This document shows, in pieces, positions 17,922 through 27,836 of a DNA stretch of 64,000 nucleotides. Below the pieces are notes generated by a model that saw only the letters and a list, made by a program, of their open reading frames with translations, was not told where the DNA came from and did no database searches. The translations under genes and the position numbers were made by a program. This stretch comes from Candidatus Omnitrophota bacterium. GTDB taxonomy: Bacteria > Omnitrophota > Gorgyraeia > Zapsychrales > Zapsychraceae. Positions within the stretch are counted from its first letter, which is position 1. Each line of letters begins with the position of its first letter. The stretch spans positions 5,295-69,294 of the forward strand of contig JAJDCA010000014.1 in the NCBI GenBank assembly GCA_029261055.1, read 5' to 3'.

Positions 17922-19299
17922 TTATCCTCCGCAGGTTTGTTTTAAAATCCAATCAAATAAAATCTTTATTATTTGCGGGCAGCAAATTGTAACATATGCG
18001 CAGTTTTTTGATGCTGTTGGTGGTGTGATTGATTATTTTCAATCAAGCGGAATTAAGTCTAAAGATCGTGTTGGAATTTGCTGCGCTAATAGTGTTGAGT
18101 ACGTGGCAGCATTAATAGCCCTGTGGCGTATTGGCACTGTCGCTTGTCTTTTGAGTCCGCGCTTACCACAGGAGGCGTTGCAGCAGCAATGTAGCAATTT
18201 GAGTTGTCAGAATGTTTTAACGAGCTTTCCTGAAGTGCCCTATTCAGATAAATTAACAGAAACAAATCCAAAATGGTCTTTGCCGGTAGATCAAGAGGCT
18301 ACGATTATGTTTACCTCCGGCAGTAGTGCCTCGCCCAAAGCGGTTTTGCATACGATTGGTAATCATTATTTCAGTGCCAAGGGCGCGAATGTTCATATTC
18401 CGTTAGTCGCTGGGGATCGATGGTTATTAACGCTTCCATTGCATCACGTCGGGGGTTTAAGTATTTTATTTCGTGCACTTTTGGCCGGGGCAACACTGGT
18501 TATTCCCGAGAAAGATGAGCCTATTGAGGCGGCAATACGGCGCTACGGCATTACGCATGTATCGATGGTGCCGACGCAGATTTATCGTTTATTAGGGGAA
18601 AATGAAGAAGGTGATTTAAAAAGTTTGAAGGCGATTCTTGTCGGCGGAGGGCCGATACCGGAAGCCCTTTTACAAAAAGCAATGGAAAAAGGTTTCCCGG
18701 TTCATACGACGTACGGCTTAACAGAAATGGCTTCGCAAGTTGCCACGTCAAACGTGTTGACGTCGGAAACTATTTCAAATGGCGGTAGAGTGTTGGAGGA
18801 TAGAGAAGTAAATGTTTCTGAAGAAGGTGAAATTTTAGTGCGTGGCAAGACGCTTTTTCAAGGTTATGTAGAAGGCGGGCACATTGATTGTTCGTTTGAC
18901 GCAGGCGGTTGGTTCGCAACCGGTGATTTAGGTGAGCTCAACGACGAAGGTTATTTAAAAGTGACTGGACGTAAAGATAATATGTTTATCTCCGGTGGCG
19001 AAAATATTCAGCCGGAAGAAATTGAACGGCATTTGTGTCGGTTAGAAGGCGTTGAGGAGGCTATCGTCATTCCCGTAGAACATGCGGAATTTGGCTTTCG
19101 CCCGGTGGCGTTTATAAAGTACATGAATGGAAAATCAATAACCTCCGAAGAAATCAAAAGAACTCTGCAACAATATCTCCCTAAATTCAAAATTCCCGAT
19201 ACCTTTTACGATTGGCCGGAAGGCATTATTAGTGAGGGGATTAAGCCAAGTCGGCTAGTATTTAAGCATTATCTTGAGCGAACAATTCCACGATCTTAG
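17896..19299 (+). CDS. menE: o-succinylbenzoate-CoA ligase (adenylate-forming enzyme)
   Basis: AMP-binding motifs TSGSSASPK, YGLTE and GDLG, in men context. The start is uncertain (17896 or 17905). Confidence 0.75.
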   Translation: MERMTKYTNYPPQVCFKIQSNKIFIICGQQIVTYAQFFDAVGGVIDYFQSSGIKSKDRVGICCANSVEYVAALIALWRIGTVACLLSPRLPQEALQQQCSNLSCQNVLTSFPEVPYSDKLTETNPKWSLPVDQEATIMFTSGSSASPKAVLHTIGNHYFSAKGANVHIPLVAGDRWLLTLPLHHVGGLSILFRALLAGATLVIPEKDEPIEAAIRRYGITHVSMVPTQIYRLLGENEEGDLKSLKAILVGGGPIPEALLQKAMEKGFPVHTTYGLTEMASQVATSNVLTSETISNGGRVLEDREVNVSEEGEILVRGKTLFQGYVEGGHIDCSFDAGGWFATGDLGELNDEGYLKVTGRKDNMFISGGENIQPEEIERHLCRLEGVEEAIVIPVEHAEFGFRPVAFIKYMNGKSITSEEIKRTLQQYLPKFKIPDTFYDWPEGIISEGIKPSRLVFKHYLERTIPRS

Positions 19300-19678
19300 C
19301 GCGTAAATCTGAGGGGAGAGGAATTTTTGTATTTGTGGATTTGTCCATCGTGACATGCACGGTTTTGGCGGTACCGACGAGTTCTTGTTTGGCATTGAGG
19401 AGTTTGTAAGAGAATGTAAATGAGGTGTGGCCGACTTTTGCCGTTTTTACTTGAATTTCAACGACATCCCCGACAAATAAAGGTTTTTTGTAGCCGGATT
19501 CGGCGTGCACAATCGGTAGGAAAAAATCTTTTTCTCTCAAGAGTTTTGCAAATCCAAACCCGATATTTTCCAGTAATGATTCATACGCATCATGAACAAT
19601 ATCAAATTGTGTGCTGAAAAATAACAGCCCCGCGGCATCGGTTTGGTGAAGTTTAATTTTTGTTTGGTAAATGTACAT
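19262..19678 (-). CDS. hotdog-fold acyl-CoA thioesterase (4HBT/YbgC-like; plausible DHNA-CoA hydrolase)
   Basis: 138 aa hotdog fold with QTDAAG near the N-terminus. Convergent with and overlapping menE. Confidence 0.65.
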   Translation of the reverse strand: MYIYQTKIKLHQTDAAGLLFFSTQFDIVHDAYESLLENIGFGFAKLLREKDFFLPIVHAESGYKKPLFVGDVVEIQVKTAKVGHTSFTFSYKLLNAKQELVGTAKTVHVTMDKSTNTKIPLPSDLRAKIVELFAQDNA

Positions 19679-19751
19679 AAGAATTAAAGTATCACTACGT
19701 CAAGGTTTTGTCAATGTGCGTTCGTTGGCATTTTGGAGGTAATTTTTCCCA

Positions 19752-19779
19752 TTGACAAAAAAAGTAAAAGTTGTATTAT
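19752..19779 (+). promoter_or_regulatory. sigma70-like promoter: TTGACA, 16-nt spacer, TATTAT
   Basis: Read directly. The -35 overlaps the right arm of a TTGTCAATG / CATTGACAA inverted repeat. Confidence 0.5.
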
Positions 19780-19862
19780 TGGGGCCTGCCAACAACAGAT
19801 CATTAGATCTTTGAATGACAATAGATAAGCAACAATTTAAATTAAAAATTAGGAGGAAGTCA

Positions 19863-20447
19863 ATGGTATTAGTTAACAAGCAAGCCCCGGATTTTACGGC
19901 TAAGGCTGTAAAGAATGGTCAAGTCATCGACGAGTATAAGCTGTCAGATTCTAAAGGAAAATATGTGGTGTTGTTTTTTTATCCGCTTGATTTTACTTTT
20001 GTCTGTCCAACGGAATTGCATGCTTTCCAAGCTAAATTAGCTGAATTTGAAAAGCGTAATGTTGAAGTTATCGGCGTTTCTACCGATTCTTGGTTTTCTC
20101 ATTTAGCATGGTTACAAACACCAAAAAATAAGGGCGGGATTGAAGGGATTACTTATCCTCTCGTTTCTGATTTTAATAAAACAATTAGTAAAGATTACGG
20201 TATTTTATTTGAAGATTTAGGCGTGGCTTACCGCGGATTATTCCTGATTGATAAGGATGGAATTGTCCAGCATCAAGTGGTAAACAATCTAGCCTTAGGG
20301 CGCAGTGTGGATGAAGCTCTGCGTATGGTTGAAGCTTTGCAATTTACAGAAAAGCACGGCGAAGTTTGTCCTGCCAACTGGAAAGAAGGCGACAAAGCAA
20401 TGAAACCAGACGACGCTGGCCTAAAAGAATACTTTGCGGCAGCTTAA
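19863..20447 (+). CDS. typical 2-Cys peroxiredoxin (AhpC/Tsa family)
   Basis: FTFVCPTEL peroxidatic Cys motif and C-terminal EVCPANW resolving Cys. AGGAGG ribosome-binding site before the ATG at 19863. Confidence 0.9.
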   Translation: MVLVNKQAPDFTAKAVKNGQVIDEYKLSDSKGKYVVLFFYPLDFTFVCPTELHAFQAKLAEFEKRNVEVIGVSTDSWFSHLAWLQTPKNKGGIEGITYPLVSDFNKTISKDYGILFEDLGVAYRGLFLIDKDGIVQHQVVNNLALGRSVDEALRMVEALQFTEKHGEVCPANWKEGDKAMKPDDAGLKEYFAAA

Positions 20448-20614
20448 GTATAAAAGTGTATAAAGAAGTAAGAGACAAGATGCAAGAAGTAGAGAGGTAA
20501 ATGAGTAAAAAATTCAGAGAAGCAAAAAAACAAAAAATGTATTTTTTACAGATTTAATTTTTTTTCTGCTTCTTGCCTCTTGTATCTCTGCTTCTTTTAA
20601 GAAAGGATCATACA

Positions 20615-21256
20615 ATGGCTCATTCTTTACCTGATTTACCTTACGCGTTTGACGCGTTAGAACCGCATATTGATGCTAAGACGATGGAAATTCATCACGA
20701 CAAACATCATGCGGCTTATGTTGCTAAATTGAATGCCGCTCTTGAGGGAAAGGCTGATTTAGAAGCAAAAAGCATTGAAGAATTGATGGCAAGTTTATCT
20801 TCAGTTCCTGAGGATATTCGAGGTGCTGTGCGTAATAATGGCGGTGGGCATTACAATCATTCGTTGTTTTGGAATGTGATGGGTGCTAATGCCGGTGGCG
20901 TACCTGAAGGCGAATTAGCTGAGGCGATTAATAGTGACCTTGGCAGTTTTGATGCCTTTAAGGAAAAGTTTGCCAATGCAGCGGCTACGCAGTTTGGTAG
21001 TGGTTGGGCTTGGTTATGTGTGAGCAAGGATGGTAAACTCTGTGTTTGTTCTACACCTAATCAGGATAATCCAGCGATGGATACGGCAACTTGTAAAGGT
21101 ACGCCGATTCTTGGGCTTGACGTCTGGGAACATGCGTATTATCTGAATTATCAAAATCGACGTCCGGATTACATTGCCGCTTTTTGGAGTGTGGTTAATT
21201 GGGATGCGGTTTCCAAGAATTATCAATCTGCAAAGAACGAACACGTTCCTGCCTAA
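20615..21256 (+). CDS. Fe/Mn superoxide dismutase
   Basis: [22 protein letters not shown] and DVWEHAYY motifs. Confidence 0.9.
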   Translation: MAHSLPDLPYAFDALEPHIDAKTMEIHHDKHHAAYVAKLNAALEGKADLEAKSIEELMASLSSVPEDIRGAVRNNGGGHYNHSLFWNVMGANAGGVPEGELAEAINSDLGSFDAFKEKFANAAATQFGSGWAWLCVSKDGKLCVCSTPNQDNPAMDTATCKGTPILGLDVWEHAYYLNYQNRRPDYIAAFWSVVNWDAVSKNYQSAKNEHVPA

Positions 21257-21261
21257 CATTT

Positions 21262-21296
21262 TTCTCCCCGGAAAGTCATTTCCGGGGAGAAAAAAT
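21262..21296. terminator. hairpin TTCTCCCCGGAAA...TTTCCGGGGAGAA flanked by T- and A-runs (bidirectional terminator)
   Basis: Read directly. Confidence 0.65.
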
Positions 21297-21338
21297 ACAA
21301 ATAATTAAGGTTTTTGTGAAAAATAATTAAGAAAAATC

Positions 21339-21402
21339 TTGACTCTGAAGTATTTTTAACTACTATATGTAGTGCTAATGAGCAAATCCTATCAACATGT
21401 TG
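21339..21402 (+). promoter_or_regulatory. nrdA promoter (TTGACT, 16 nt, TACTAT) with two candidate NrdR boxes (CTATATGTAG at 21363-21372; CAACATGTTG at 21393-21402) spaced 30 bp apart
   Basis: The first box matches the NrdR core CwAtATaTwG 9/10, the second 8/10. The first overlaps the -10, which is typical NrdR placement. Confidence 0.4.
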
Positions 21403-21498
21403 TGTTATTTACTTTCCTTAATTTTTTGATGTTTTTAGACCCATTTCAAATAAAATTTAATTCTCATCCCAACACTTTAACCCAGGAGGACCGCCCTT

Positions 21499-24400
21499 AT
21501 GCTGCATGACACCACTATCGCCCCAGAGATGAAAGTCACTAAACGTAATGGACAAGTTGTCGCTTTTAACACAATACGCGTTAAGCGAGCGATTGGTAAT
21601 GCTCTTAAAGAGCAGCAGGGGATGCCGCGTGAGGCAGAATTATCTATTGAAATGGTTAAGCAGGTTGAAAAGGTTTTGCATTGTGTGGAAGATGTTCTGA
21701 AAGAAAGGGCGACAGAGAACAATCATATTACGGTTGAAGAAATTCAGGATGAGGTCATTCGTCAACTATTTGAAAATGGGTTTAAAGAAACAGGCGAGCT
21801 TTATGCCAATTATCGAAAAAAACATGCGGCCAGGCGTTCTCTTTATGAATTGTATTCCACGATCAAGCGTGATGGTAAGGTCGTATCCTTTAAACCGGAA
21901 AAAGTAACTTTGGCGGTGGCCAAGGCTTTTCGGGCTAATAATAGTGAAATTTTGACGGAGACTCTATTAGAGAAGGCCCGTGAAGTGGCCAGTGATGTGG
22001 TGAAGGAAATTTGTTCGGTTTGGCCGGAAGGAAAAGCAATTAGTATTGAAGAAATTCAGGATTTGGTAGAAAAGAATTTGATGAAAGATGGTTATCACGA
22101 TGTGGCGAGAAGTTTTATTCTTTATCGAGAGCAAAGAGCCAAAGCCCGTCGGGCGAAACAAACACGAAAGACGGTTGAGCCGACTTACGATTGGGTTAAG
22201 AGCATTTTTTACAAGACCAAAGATGGTGAGGATAAGGCCTTGGATGTGGAAGACATTCGTTTTCAAATTGAAACGTGTTGTTTGGGATTAGAAAATGTTG
22301 CGTCGGAGGATATTTTAAAGGAATCCTTAAAAAATTATTTTAATGGGATTACGGAATCACAAATGACCGCGTCGAATATTATGGCGGCTAAAGCCTTTTT
22401 GGAAAAGGATCCTAATTATACCTTTGTGGCCAGCCGTTTATTGTTATTAAAGGAATATGAAGAGGCGATTGGGCATAGGGTCAGTTTTGAAGGCATTAAA
22501 ACGGAATATCCTACGTATTTTGCGAAATATATTCACAGGGCTGTTGAGCTTGAACTTTTGAGCCCGGATCTGCTTCAATTTGATTTAAGAAAGTTAGGTC
22601 AATACCTTAAGCCTAAACGAGATTTTCTTTTTAGATATATGGGCCTACAGACGCTGTATGATCGGTATTTTATTCACAGCGAAGGTCAGCGTCTTGAATT
22701 GCCACAGATTTTTTGGATGCGTGTGGCGATGGGACTTGCTAAAAAAGAAGGGGCTAAGAGGAATGAAAAGGCGATTGAGTTTTACAATGTTTTATCGACC
22801 TTCCGTTTTGTTTCTTCAACACCGACTTTGTTTAACTCCGGAACACGGCATTCACAATTATCATCCTGTTTTTTAACGACGATTAATGATGATTTGAATC
22901 ATATTTTTAAGTGTGTTCAGGATGATGCGATGCTCTCTAAATGGAGTGGAGGGCTTGGCAATGATTGGACCAATGTTCGCGCGATGGGTTCGCGTATTAA
23001 GGGTACCAACGGAAAGAGTCAGGGCGTGATTCCTTTTTTAAAGGTGGCCAATGACACCGCCTTAGCCGTAAATCAAGGTGGTAAACGGCAAGGGGCGATG
23101 TGTGCCTATTTGGAAGTTTGGCATATGGATATTGAGGAATTTCTGGAATTACGTAAGAACACCGGGGATGATCGACGACGTACGCATGATATGCACACCG
23201 CCAGTTGGATTCCTGATTTGTTTATGAAGAGGGTCAAAGAAAATAAAGAGTGGACATTATTTAGTCCAAATGAAGTGCCTGATTTGCATCACATTTATGG
23301 GACGGTCTTTGAAAAATCTTATGAACGGTATGAATCGATGGCTAAGGACGGACAAATTAAGCAGTTTAAAACGATGCCTGCCGTGCAGCTTTGGCGTAAG
23401 ATGTTGAGTATGCTTTTTGAAACAGGGCATCCGTGGATTACGTGGAAAGACCCTTCAAATATTCGTTCAGCCCAGGATCACGTCGGAGCTGTACATAGTT
23501 CGAATTTGTGCACGGAGATTATTCTCAACACATCCGAGGATGAAACGGCTGTGTGTAATTTGGGGTCTGTTAATTTAGCAGCCCACACCACGCCCAAAGG
23601 TGTTGATCATAAAAAGTTAAAGACGACCATTTTGACGGCTATCCGGATATTGGATAATGTGATTGAAAATAATTATTATCCCACGGTGGAAGCTAAAAAT
23701 GCTAATCAGAAACACCGTCCTGTTGGTCTGGGGCTTATGGGATTTCAGGATGCTTTATTTATTCAAAATTTGAGTTATGCCTCGCAGGAAGCCGTGAATT
23801 TTGCGGATGAAAGTATGGAGGCTATTTCGTATTATGCTATTTTAGGTTCGATTCATTTAGCCAAAGAGCGTAAGACGTATTCATCCTATCGTGGTTCCAA
23901 ATGGGACAGAGGTTTGTTGCCGATTGATACTCTGGCGCTTTTGAAAAAAGAGCGGGGGAGTTATTTAGACGTGGACACAACATCAAAGATGGACTGGGAT
24001 GTGTTGCGTACAGAATTAAAGAAATACGGTATGCGTAATAGTCAGGTGATGTCGATTGCCCCGACGGCGACAATTGGAAACATTATCGGTGTGACCGCTT
24101 CAATTGAACCGATTTATAAAAATATGTTTGTGAAAAGTAATTTGTCCGGAGAATTTACCGTGCTTAATGAATTCCTGGTGGCGGATTTAAAGAAATTAGG
24201 TTTTTGGGATCAGGATATGATTAATGATATCAAGTATTTTGACGGCAGTATTCAGGAAATTCCACGCATTCCCGAGGAGCTTAAACGTAAATATGCAACG
24301 GCTTTTGAAATTGAATATGAGTGGCTGATTGAAGCCGGCAGTCGTCGTCAGAAATGGATTGATATGGGCCAATCGCTTAATTTGTATCAAGCCAACCCTA

Positions 24401-24669
24401 ATGGCAAGAAGGTTAATGATATGTATATGTTGGCTTGGGAAAAAGGATTGAAGACAACATATTATTTGCGCTCAATGGGGGCAACACGGATTGAGAAAAG
24501 TACGTTGGATATTACAAAATACGAAAATGTTGTCGGAAAGCGGGAGCGCGATAAATTTGGCCGCGTTGTTGATAATGCAGAAGCGGCAACGACTACCAGC
24601 ACGACTACGAATACAAAAACCAGCACCTTGAGTGTTGAACCGGCAGAAGATTGTGAAGCGTGTCAATAA
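21499..24669 (+). CDS. nrdA: class Ia ribonucleotide reductase alpha subunit with N-terminal ATP cones
   Basis: 1056 aa. ATP-cone-like N-terminus (VTKRNGQVVAFN, KRDGKVVSFKPEK) and an NCTEI catalytic Cys region. Followed by nrdB. Confidence 0.9.
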   Translation: MLHDTTIAPEMKVTKRNGQVVAFNTIRVKRAIGNALKEQQGMPREAELSIEMVKQVEKVLHCVEDVLKERATENNHITVEEIQDEVIRQLFENGFKETGELYANYRKKHAARRSLYELYSTIKRDGKVVSFKPEKVTLAVAKAFRANNSEILTETLLEKAREVASDVVKEICSVWPEGKAISIEEIQDLVEKNLMKDGYHDVARSFILYREQRAKARRAKQTRKTVEPTYDWVKSIFYKTKDGEDKALDVEDIRFQIETCCLGLENVASEDILKESLKNYFNGITESQMTASNIMAAKAFLEKDPNYTFVASRLLLLKEYEEAIGHRVSFEGIKTEYPTYFAKYIHRAVELELLSPDLLQFDLRKLGQYLKPKRDFLFRYMGLQTLYDRYFIHSEGQRLELPQIFWMRVAMGLAKKEGAKRNEKAIEFYNVLSTFRFVSSTPTLFNSGTRHSQLSSCFLTTINDDLNHIFKCVQDDAMLSKWSGGLGNDWTNVRAMGSRIKGTNGKSQGVIPFLKVANDTALAVNQGGKRQGAMCAYLEVWHMDIEEFLELRKNTGDDRRRTHDMHTASWIPDLFMKRVKENKEWTLFSPNEVPDLHHIYGTVFEKSYERYESMAKDGQIKQFKTMPAVQLWRKMLSMLFETGHPWITWKDPSNIRSAQDHVGAVHSSNLCTEIILNTSEDETAVCNLGSVNLAAHTTPKGVDHKKLKTTILTAIRILDNVIENNYYPTVEAKNANQKHRPVGLGLMGFQDALFIQNLSYASQEAVNFADESMEAISYYAILGSIHLAKERKTYSSYRGSKWDRGLLPIDTLALLKKERGSYLDVDTTSKMDWDVLRTELKKYGMRNSQVMSIAPTATIGNIIGVTASIEPIYKNMFVKSNLSGEFTVLNEFLVADLKKLGFWDQDMINDIKYFDGSIQEIPRIPEELKRKYATAFEIEYEWLIEAGSRRQKWIDMGQSLNLYQANPNGKKVNDMYMLAWEKGLKTTYYLRSMGATRIEKSTLDITKYENVVGKRERDKFGRVVDNAEAATTTSTTTNTKTSTLSVEPAEDCEACQ

Positions 24670-24741
24670 TTTAAGTGGTAAGAAATTTACTGCTTATCAC
24701 TTAGCACTTACCTTTTACTACTTAAATATGAAAGGAAAAAT

Positions 24742-25791
24742 ATGTCCCACTCATCCCTACTAGGAATGTCCAAAGAAAGAATGACGGCTGATAATAAAAG
24801 GGTTATTAATAATGACCGTACTGTCGATGTCAATCAACTCGTGCCCATTAAATATCAATTTGCGTGGCATTTTTATTTAGACGGATGTGCAAATCACTGG
24901 ATGCCAACCGAAGTTTCGATGCAGCGGGATATTGAACAGTGGAAAGATCCCAAGGGTTTTACGGATGAAGAGCGGCATGTGGTTAAGCGGGTTTTAGGTT
25001 TTTTTGCGACGGCGGAATCGCTCGTAGGAAATAATTTGGTTTTAGCCGTTTACCGTTGTGTGGATAATCCAGAATGTCGTCAGTATTTGTTAAGGCAAGC
25101 TTTTGAAGAAGCGATTCACATTCACGCCTTTCAATATATCGTACAGTCGCTTTCGTTGGATGAGGGGGAGATATTTAATATGTACCGCGAGGTTGAGGCT
25201 ATTTACAAAAAAGATCAGCACGCGATGAGTTGTACGGACAGTGTTTTGGACCCTTGCCTGGATACCACGACTAAAGAAGGTCTGCAGACATTAGTTAAAA
25301 ATTTGATTGGTTTGTATGTCGTTACAGAAGGCATATTTTTCTACGGTGGTTTTGTGACGATGTTGTCTTTTGGTCGTCAAAATCGTTTACCGGGGACGTG
25401 TGAGCAAATTCAATATATTTTACGTGATGAGAGTATTCACATGAATTTTGGTATTGAATTGATCAATGCTATTATCGATGAAAATCCGGAAGTATGGGAT
25501 GAGTCTTTTCAAGAAGAGATGATTATTTTTATCAAAAGTGCCGTGACACTGGAAGGCGAATACATCAGTGATTGTCTCCCTAATGGTATTCTCGGTCTGA
25601 ATACCGACGTGCTTGACGAATATATCAAATATCTTGCCGATCGTCGTTTCGAAAAGCTTAAACTTCCTCAACAATACGGTGCCAGCAATCCTTTTCCGTG
25701 GATGAGCGAAGTCATTGATCTTAAGAAAGAAAAGAATTTTTTCGAAACACGCGTCACCGAATATCAAACTGGCGGAGCGTTGGAGTGGTAA
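24742..25791 (+). CDS. nrdB: class Ia ribonucleotide reductase beta subunit (diiron-tyrosyl radical)
   Basis: Ferritin-like fold with E..H iron ligands (EAIHIHAF, DESIHMNF). Confidence 0.85.
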   Translation: MSHSSLLGMSKERMTADNKRVINNDRTVDVNQLVPIKYQFAWHFYLDGCANHWMPTEVSMQRDIEQWKDPKGFTDEERHVVKRVLGFFATAESLVGNNLVLAVYRCVDNPECRQYLLRQAFEEAIHIHAFQYIVQSLSLDEGEIFNMYREVEAIYKKDQHAMSCTDSVLDPCLDTTTKEGLQTLVKNLIGLYVVTEGIFFYGGFVTMLSFGRQNRLPGTCEQIQYILRDESIHMNFGIELINAIIDENPEVWDESFQEEMIIFIKSAVTLEGEYISDCLPNGILGLNTDVLDEYIKYLADRRFEKLKLPQQYGASNPFPWMSEVIDLKKEKNFFETRVTEYQTGGALEW

Positions 25792-25833
25792 GAAAGACTG
25801 TTCAGATACATATTTAACATGTTTGACCCAAAA

Positions 25834-25856
25834 GGCTCCCCAACCGGGAGCCTTTT
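25834..25856 (+). terminator. GGCTCCC-CAAC-GGGAGCC hairpin followed by TTTT, the nrdB terminator
   Basis: Read directly. Confidence 0.7.
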
Positions 25857-25857
25857 C

Positions 25858-25948
25858 AATTCCGAACGGCCGTTCGGAATTGGCAGTTTGGATTAAGGGT
25901 TGAATTCCGACCGCAAGTTCCGAATTCCGACCGTGCGGTCGGAATTGG
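25858..25948. repeat. cluster of GC-rich palindromic units built on AATTCCGA(A/C)CG (REP-like)
   Basis: AATTCCGAACGGCCGTTCGGAATT, then GAATTCCGACCGCAAGTTCCGAATTCCGACCGTGCGGTCGGAATTGG. Confidence 0.6.
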
Positions 25949-25974
25949 AAACGTGGGATATTTAAGGTCAGGCT

Positions 25975-26166
25975 ATGTCTTTATTAAATACGGTTACAGT
26001 GCAATGCCCTTATTGTTGGCAGTCGATTGAGATTGTGGTGGATGGCTCGGTGACACATCAGGAATATGTGGAGGATTGCCAGGTGTGTTGTCGGCCAATT
26101 GTGGTTAAAGTGGCGGTAGATGAATGCACAGAGCCGACCGTTGAGGTTTATCGAGATGATGAATAG
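25975..26166 (+). CDS. CPXCG-motif cysteine-rich small protein (zinc-finger-like)
   Basis: CPYC ... CQVCC arrangement in 63 aa. Confidence 0.5.
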   Translation: MSLLNTVTVQCPYCWQSIEIVVDGSVTHQEYVEDCQVCCRPIVVKVAVDECTEPTVEVYRDDE

Positions 26167-26182
26167 AGGAGGCGAATAGTTA

Positions 26183-26797
26183 ATGGAACCTTTAAGCGCT
26201 TTAGGATCAATGGGGCTTTTGATGGGGAGTGGGTGGGCGGCCGGTATCAATTTATATTTAACAGCCGCAGGCCTTGGCATTGCGCATCGTTTGGGTTGGG
26301 TTTTACTTCCAGGCCAGATGGACGTATTAGCCCATCCTGTTGTCATCACGGTAGCCATTGTGCTCTATTTGATTGAATTTTTTGCCGATAAATTTCCCTA
26401 CGTGGATTCCGCCTGGGACACGGTGCACACCTTTATCCGCCCGATTGGAGGTCTTGCTTTGGGGTATATGGCGATGAGCGGTACTAACCCGGCATATCAA
26501 TATGCCACAGCGCTTTTTGTTGGCACGCTTGCACTGGATTCGCATTTGACCAAAGCAACAGCGCGTGCCGCTATTAATACCTCACCTGAACCCGTCACAA
26601 ATACCGTTGCCAGCGTTTCTGAAGATATCAGTGTCTTGGGGGCATTGTACCTAATTATTAAACATCCTGTCGTTATATCTATCTTAGTCATCATCTTTGT
26701 GGTGTTTTCTATTTGGTTTTTAAAGAAAATGTTTTATTTAGTGAAGAAAATTTTTAAATCTAAAAAGGGTAAGCAAGTTGTGAAAGTTGACACTTAG
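26183..26797 (+). CDS. polytopic inner-membrane protein (DUF4126-like)
   Basis: Multiple hydrophobic helices and a Gly-rich N-terminus. The family assignment is from memory. Confidence 0.4.
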   Translation: MEPLSALGSMGLLMGSGWAAGINLYLTAAGLGIAHRLGWVLLPGQMDVLAHPVVITVAIVLYLIEFFADKFPYVDSAWDTVHTFIRPIGGLALGYMAMSGTNPAYQYATALFVGTLALDSHLTKATARAAINTSPEPVTNTVASVSEDISVLGALYLIIKHPVVISILVIIFVVFSIWFLKKMFYLVKKIFKSKKGKQVVKVDT

Positions 26798-26995
26798 GCG
26801 CCCAGCAATTAGGAGCATTATTTTTGCTTGGTCTCTTGAATGAAGTTTGATATACTTGCCTCATTAATTTTTATCACCATAAATTTCATCCCCTCATAAT
26901 AATTTCCCCAGAAAGGAGTAAAGATAAACACGTATCGTGTATGTAGAAAATTGTCAGGAAAATTAAATAACGATATATTCAAGGGGGGATCCAAA

Positions 26996-27820
26996 ATGAC
27001 TCAAGAAATAACAAAAATAGCGCTATTTAAAGGGAAGAAAATTCGTCGAACTTTTCGAGATGGGCAGTGGTGGTTTGCTGTTGCTGATGTTGTAGAAATT
27101 TTAACAGACGCCGCGAATATTACGGATTATATTAAGAAGATAAGAAAGAGGGATGAAGAATTATCCAAAGGGTGGGGACAAATTGTCACCCCCCTTCCAA
27201 TTAAAACGTCAGGCGGTAAACAAAAAGTGAATTGTGCTAACACAGAAGGAATATTCCGCATTATTCAATCTATTCCATCCAAGAAAGCTGAGCCCTTTAA
27301 ACGTCGGCTAGCCAGAGTAGGGAAAGAACGCATTGATGAAATTGAAAACCCTGAGTTGGCAATGCAAAGGGCAAAGGCGCTTTATGAAAAGAAAGGATAT
27401 CCCAAAGATTGGATTGAAAAGCGGATGCGAGGCATTGCTGTCCGGCAGAAGCTTACGGATGAATGGGATGTTCGTGGTGTTGAGACAGAGCTTGAATATG
27501 CCATATTGACGAATGAGATTATGCAAGGGGCATTTGATTTTGATGTAGAAGATTACAAAAAATATAAAGGTCTTAAGCGGGAAAATTTGCGTGATCATAT
27601 GACGGATTTGGAACTTATCCTTACAATGCTTGGAGAGGCAACAACTACAACGATCACCCAAGATAGGGATTCACAAAGGTTTCCTGAGTTACAAAAGGAT
27701 GCCAAAGACGGTGGCGCCGTTGCTGGGAGGACGCGTAAGGACATCGAGTATCAAACGAAAAAGAAAATTGTATCAAGAAAGAATGTTCTTTTTAAACAGA
27801 AAACAGAAAAGATTCACTAA
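26996..27820 (+). CDS. Bro-N domain protein with a RhuM/DinD-like C-terminal region (phage-associated antirepressor-like)
   Basis: WWFAVADVVEIL, NTEGIFRII and KAEPFKRRLARVG match the Bro-N pattern. GGGG ribosome-binding site before the ATG at 26996 (the track ORF begins with TTG at 26951). Confidence 0.6.
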   Translation: MTQEITKIALFKGKKIRRTFRDGQWWFAVADVVEILTDAANITDYIKKIRKRDEELSKGWGQIVTPLPIKTSGGKQKVNCANTEGIFRIIQSIPSKKAEPFKRRLARVGKERIDEIENPELAMQRAKALYEKKGYPKDWIEKRMRGIAVRQKLTDEWDVRGVETELEYAILTNEIMQGAFDFDVEDYKKYKGLKRENLRDHMTDLELILTMLGEATTTTITQDRDSQRFPELQKDAKDGGAVAGRTRKDIEYQTKKKIVSRKNVLFKQKTEKIH

Positions 27821-27836
27821 ACGAAAGGATAAAACA

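Noticed and set aside
20450-20614. Possible hairpin GAAGCAAAAAAA...TTTTTTTCTGCTTC upstream of sod
   Set aside because: The stem is almost entirely A:T and imperfect, so it is unlikely to be stable. More likely it is just AT-rich promoter DNA.
25715-25903. 62-aa ORF across the nrdB terminator and the REP-like repeats
   Set aside because: It reads through a clear hairpin terminator and palindromic repeats and is not coding.
25858-25948. Possible CRISPR array
   Set aside because: Only about 3 units, the units are themselves palindromic and variable, and there are no unique spacers of regular length. This is REP-like, not CRISPR.
27630-27836. Long N-terminal extension of the SSB ORF (track start 27630)
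   Set aside because: The extension overlaps the Bro-N gene and is highly basic junk. The ATG at 27837, with conserved SSB N-terminus MSLNSVNVMGNLTRDPEL, is the real start.
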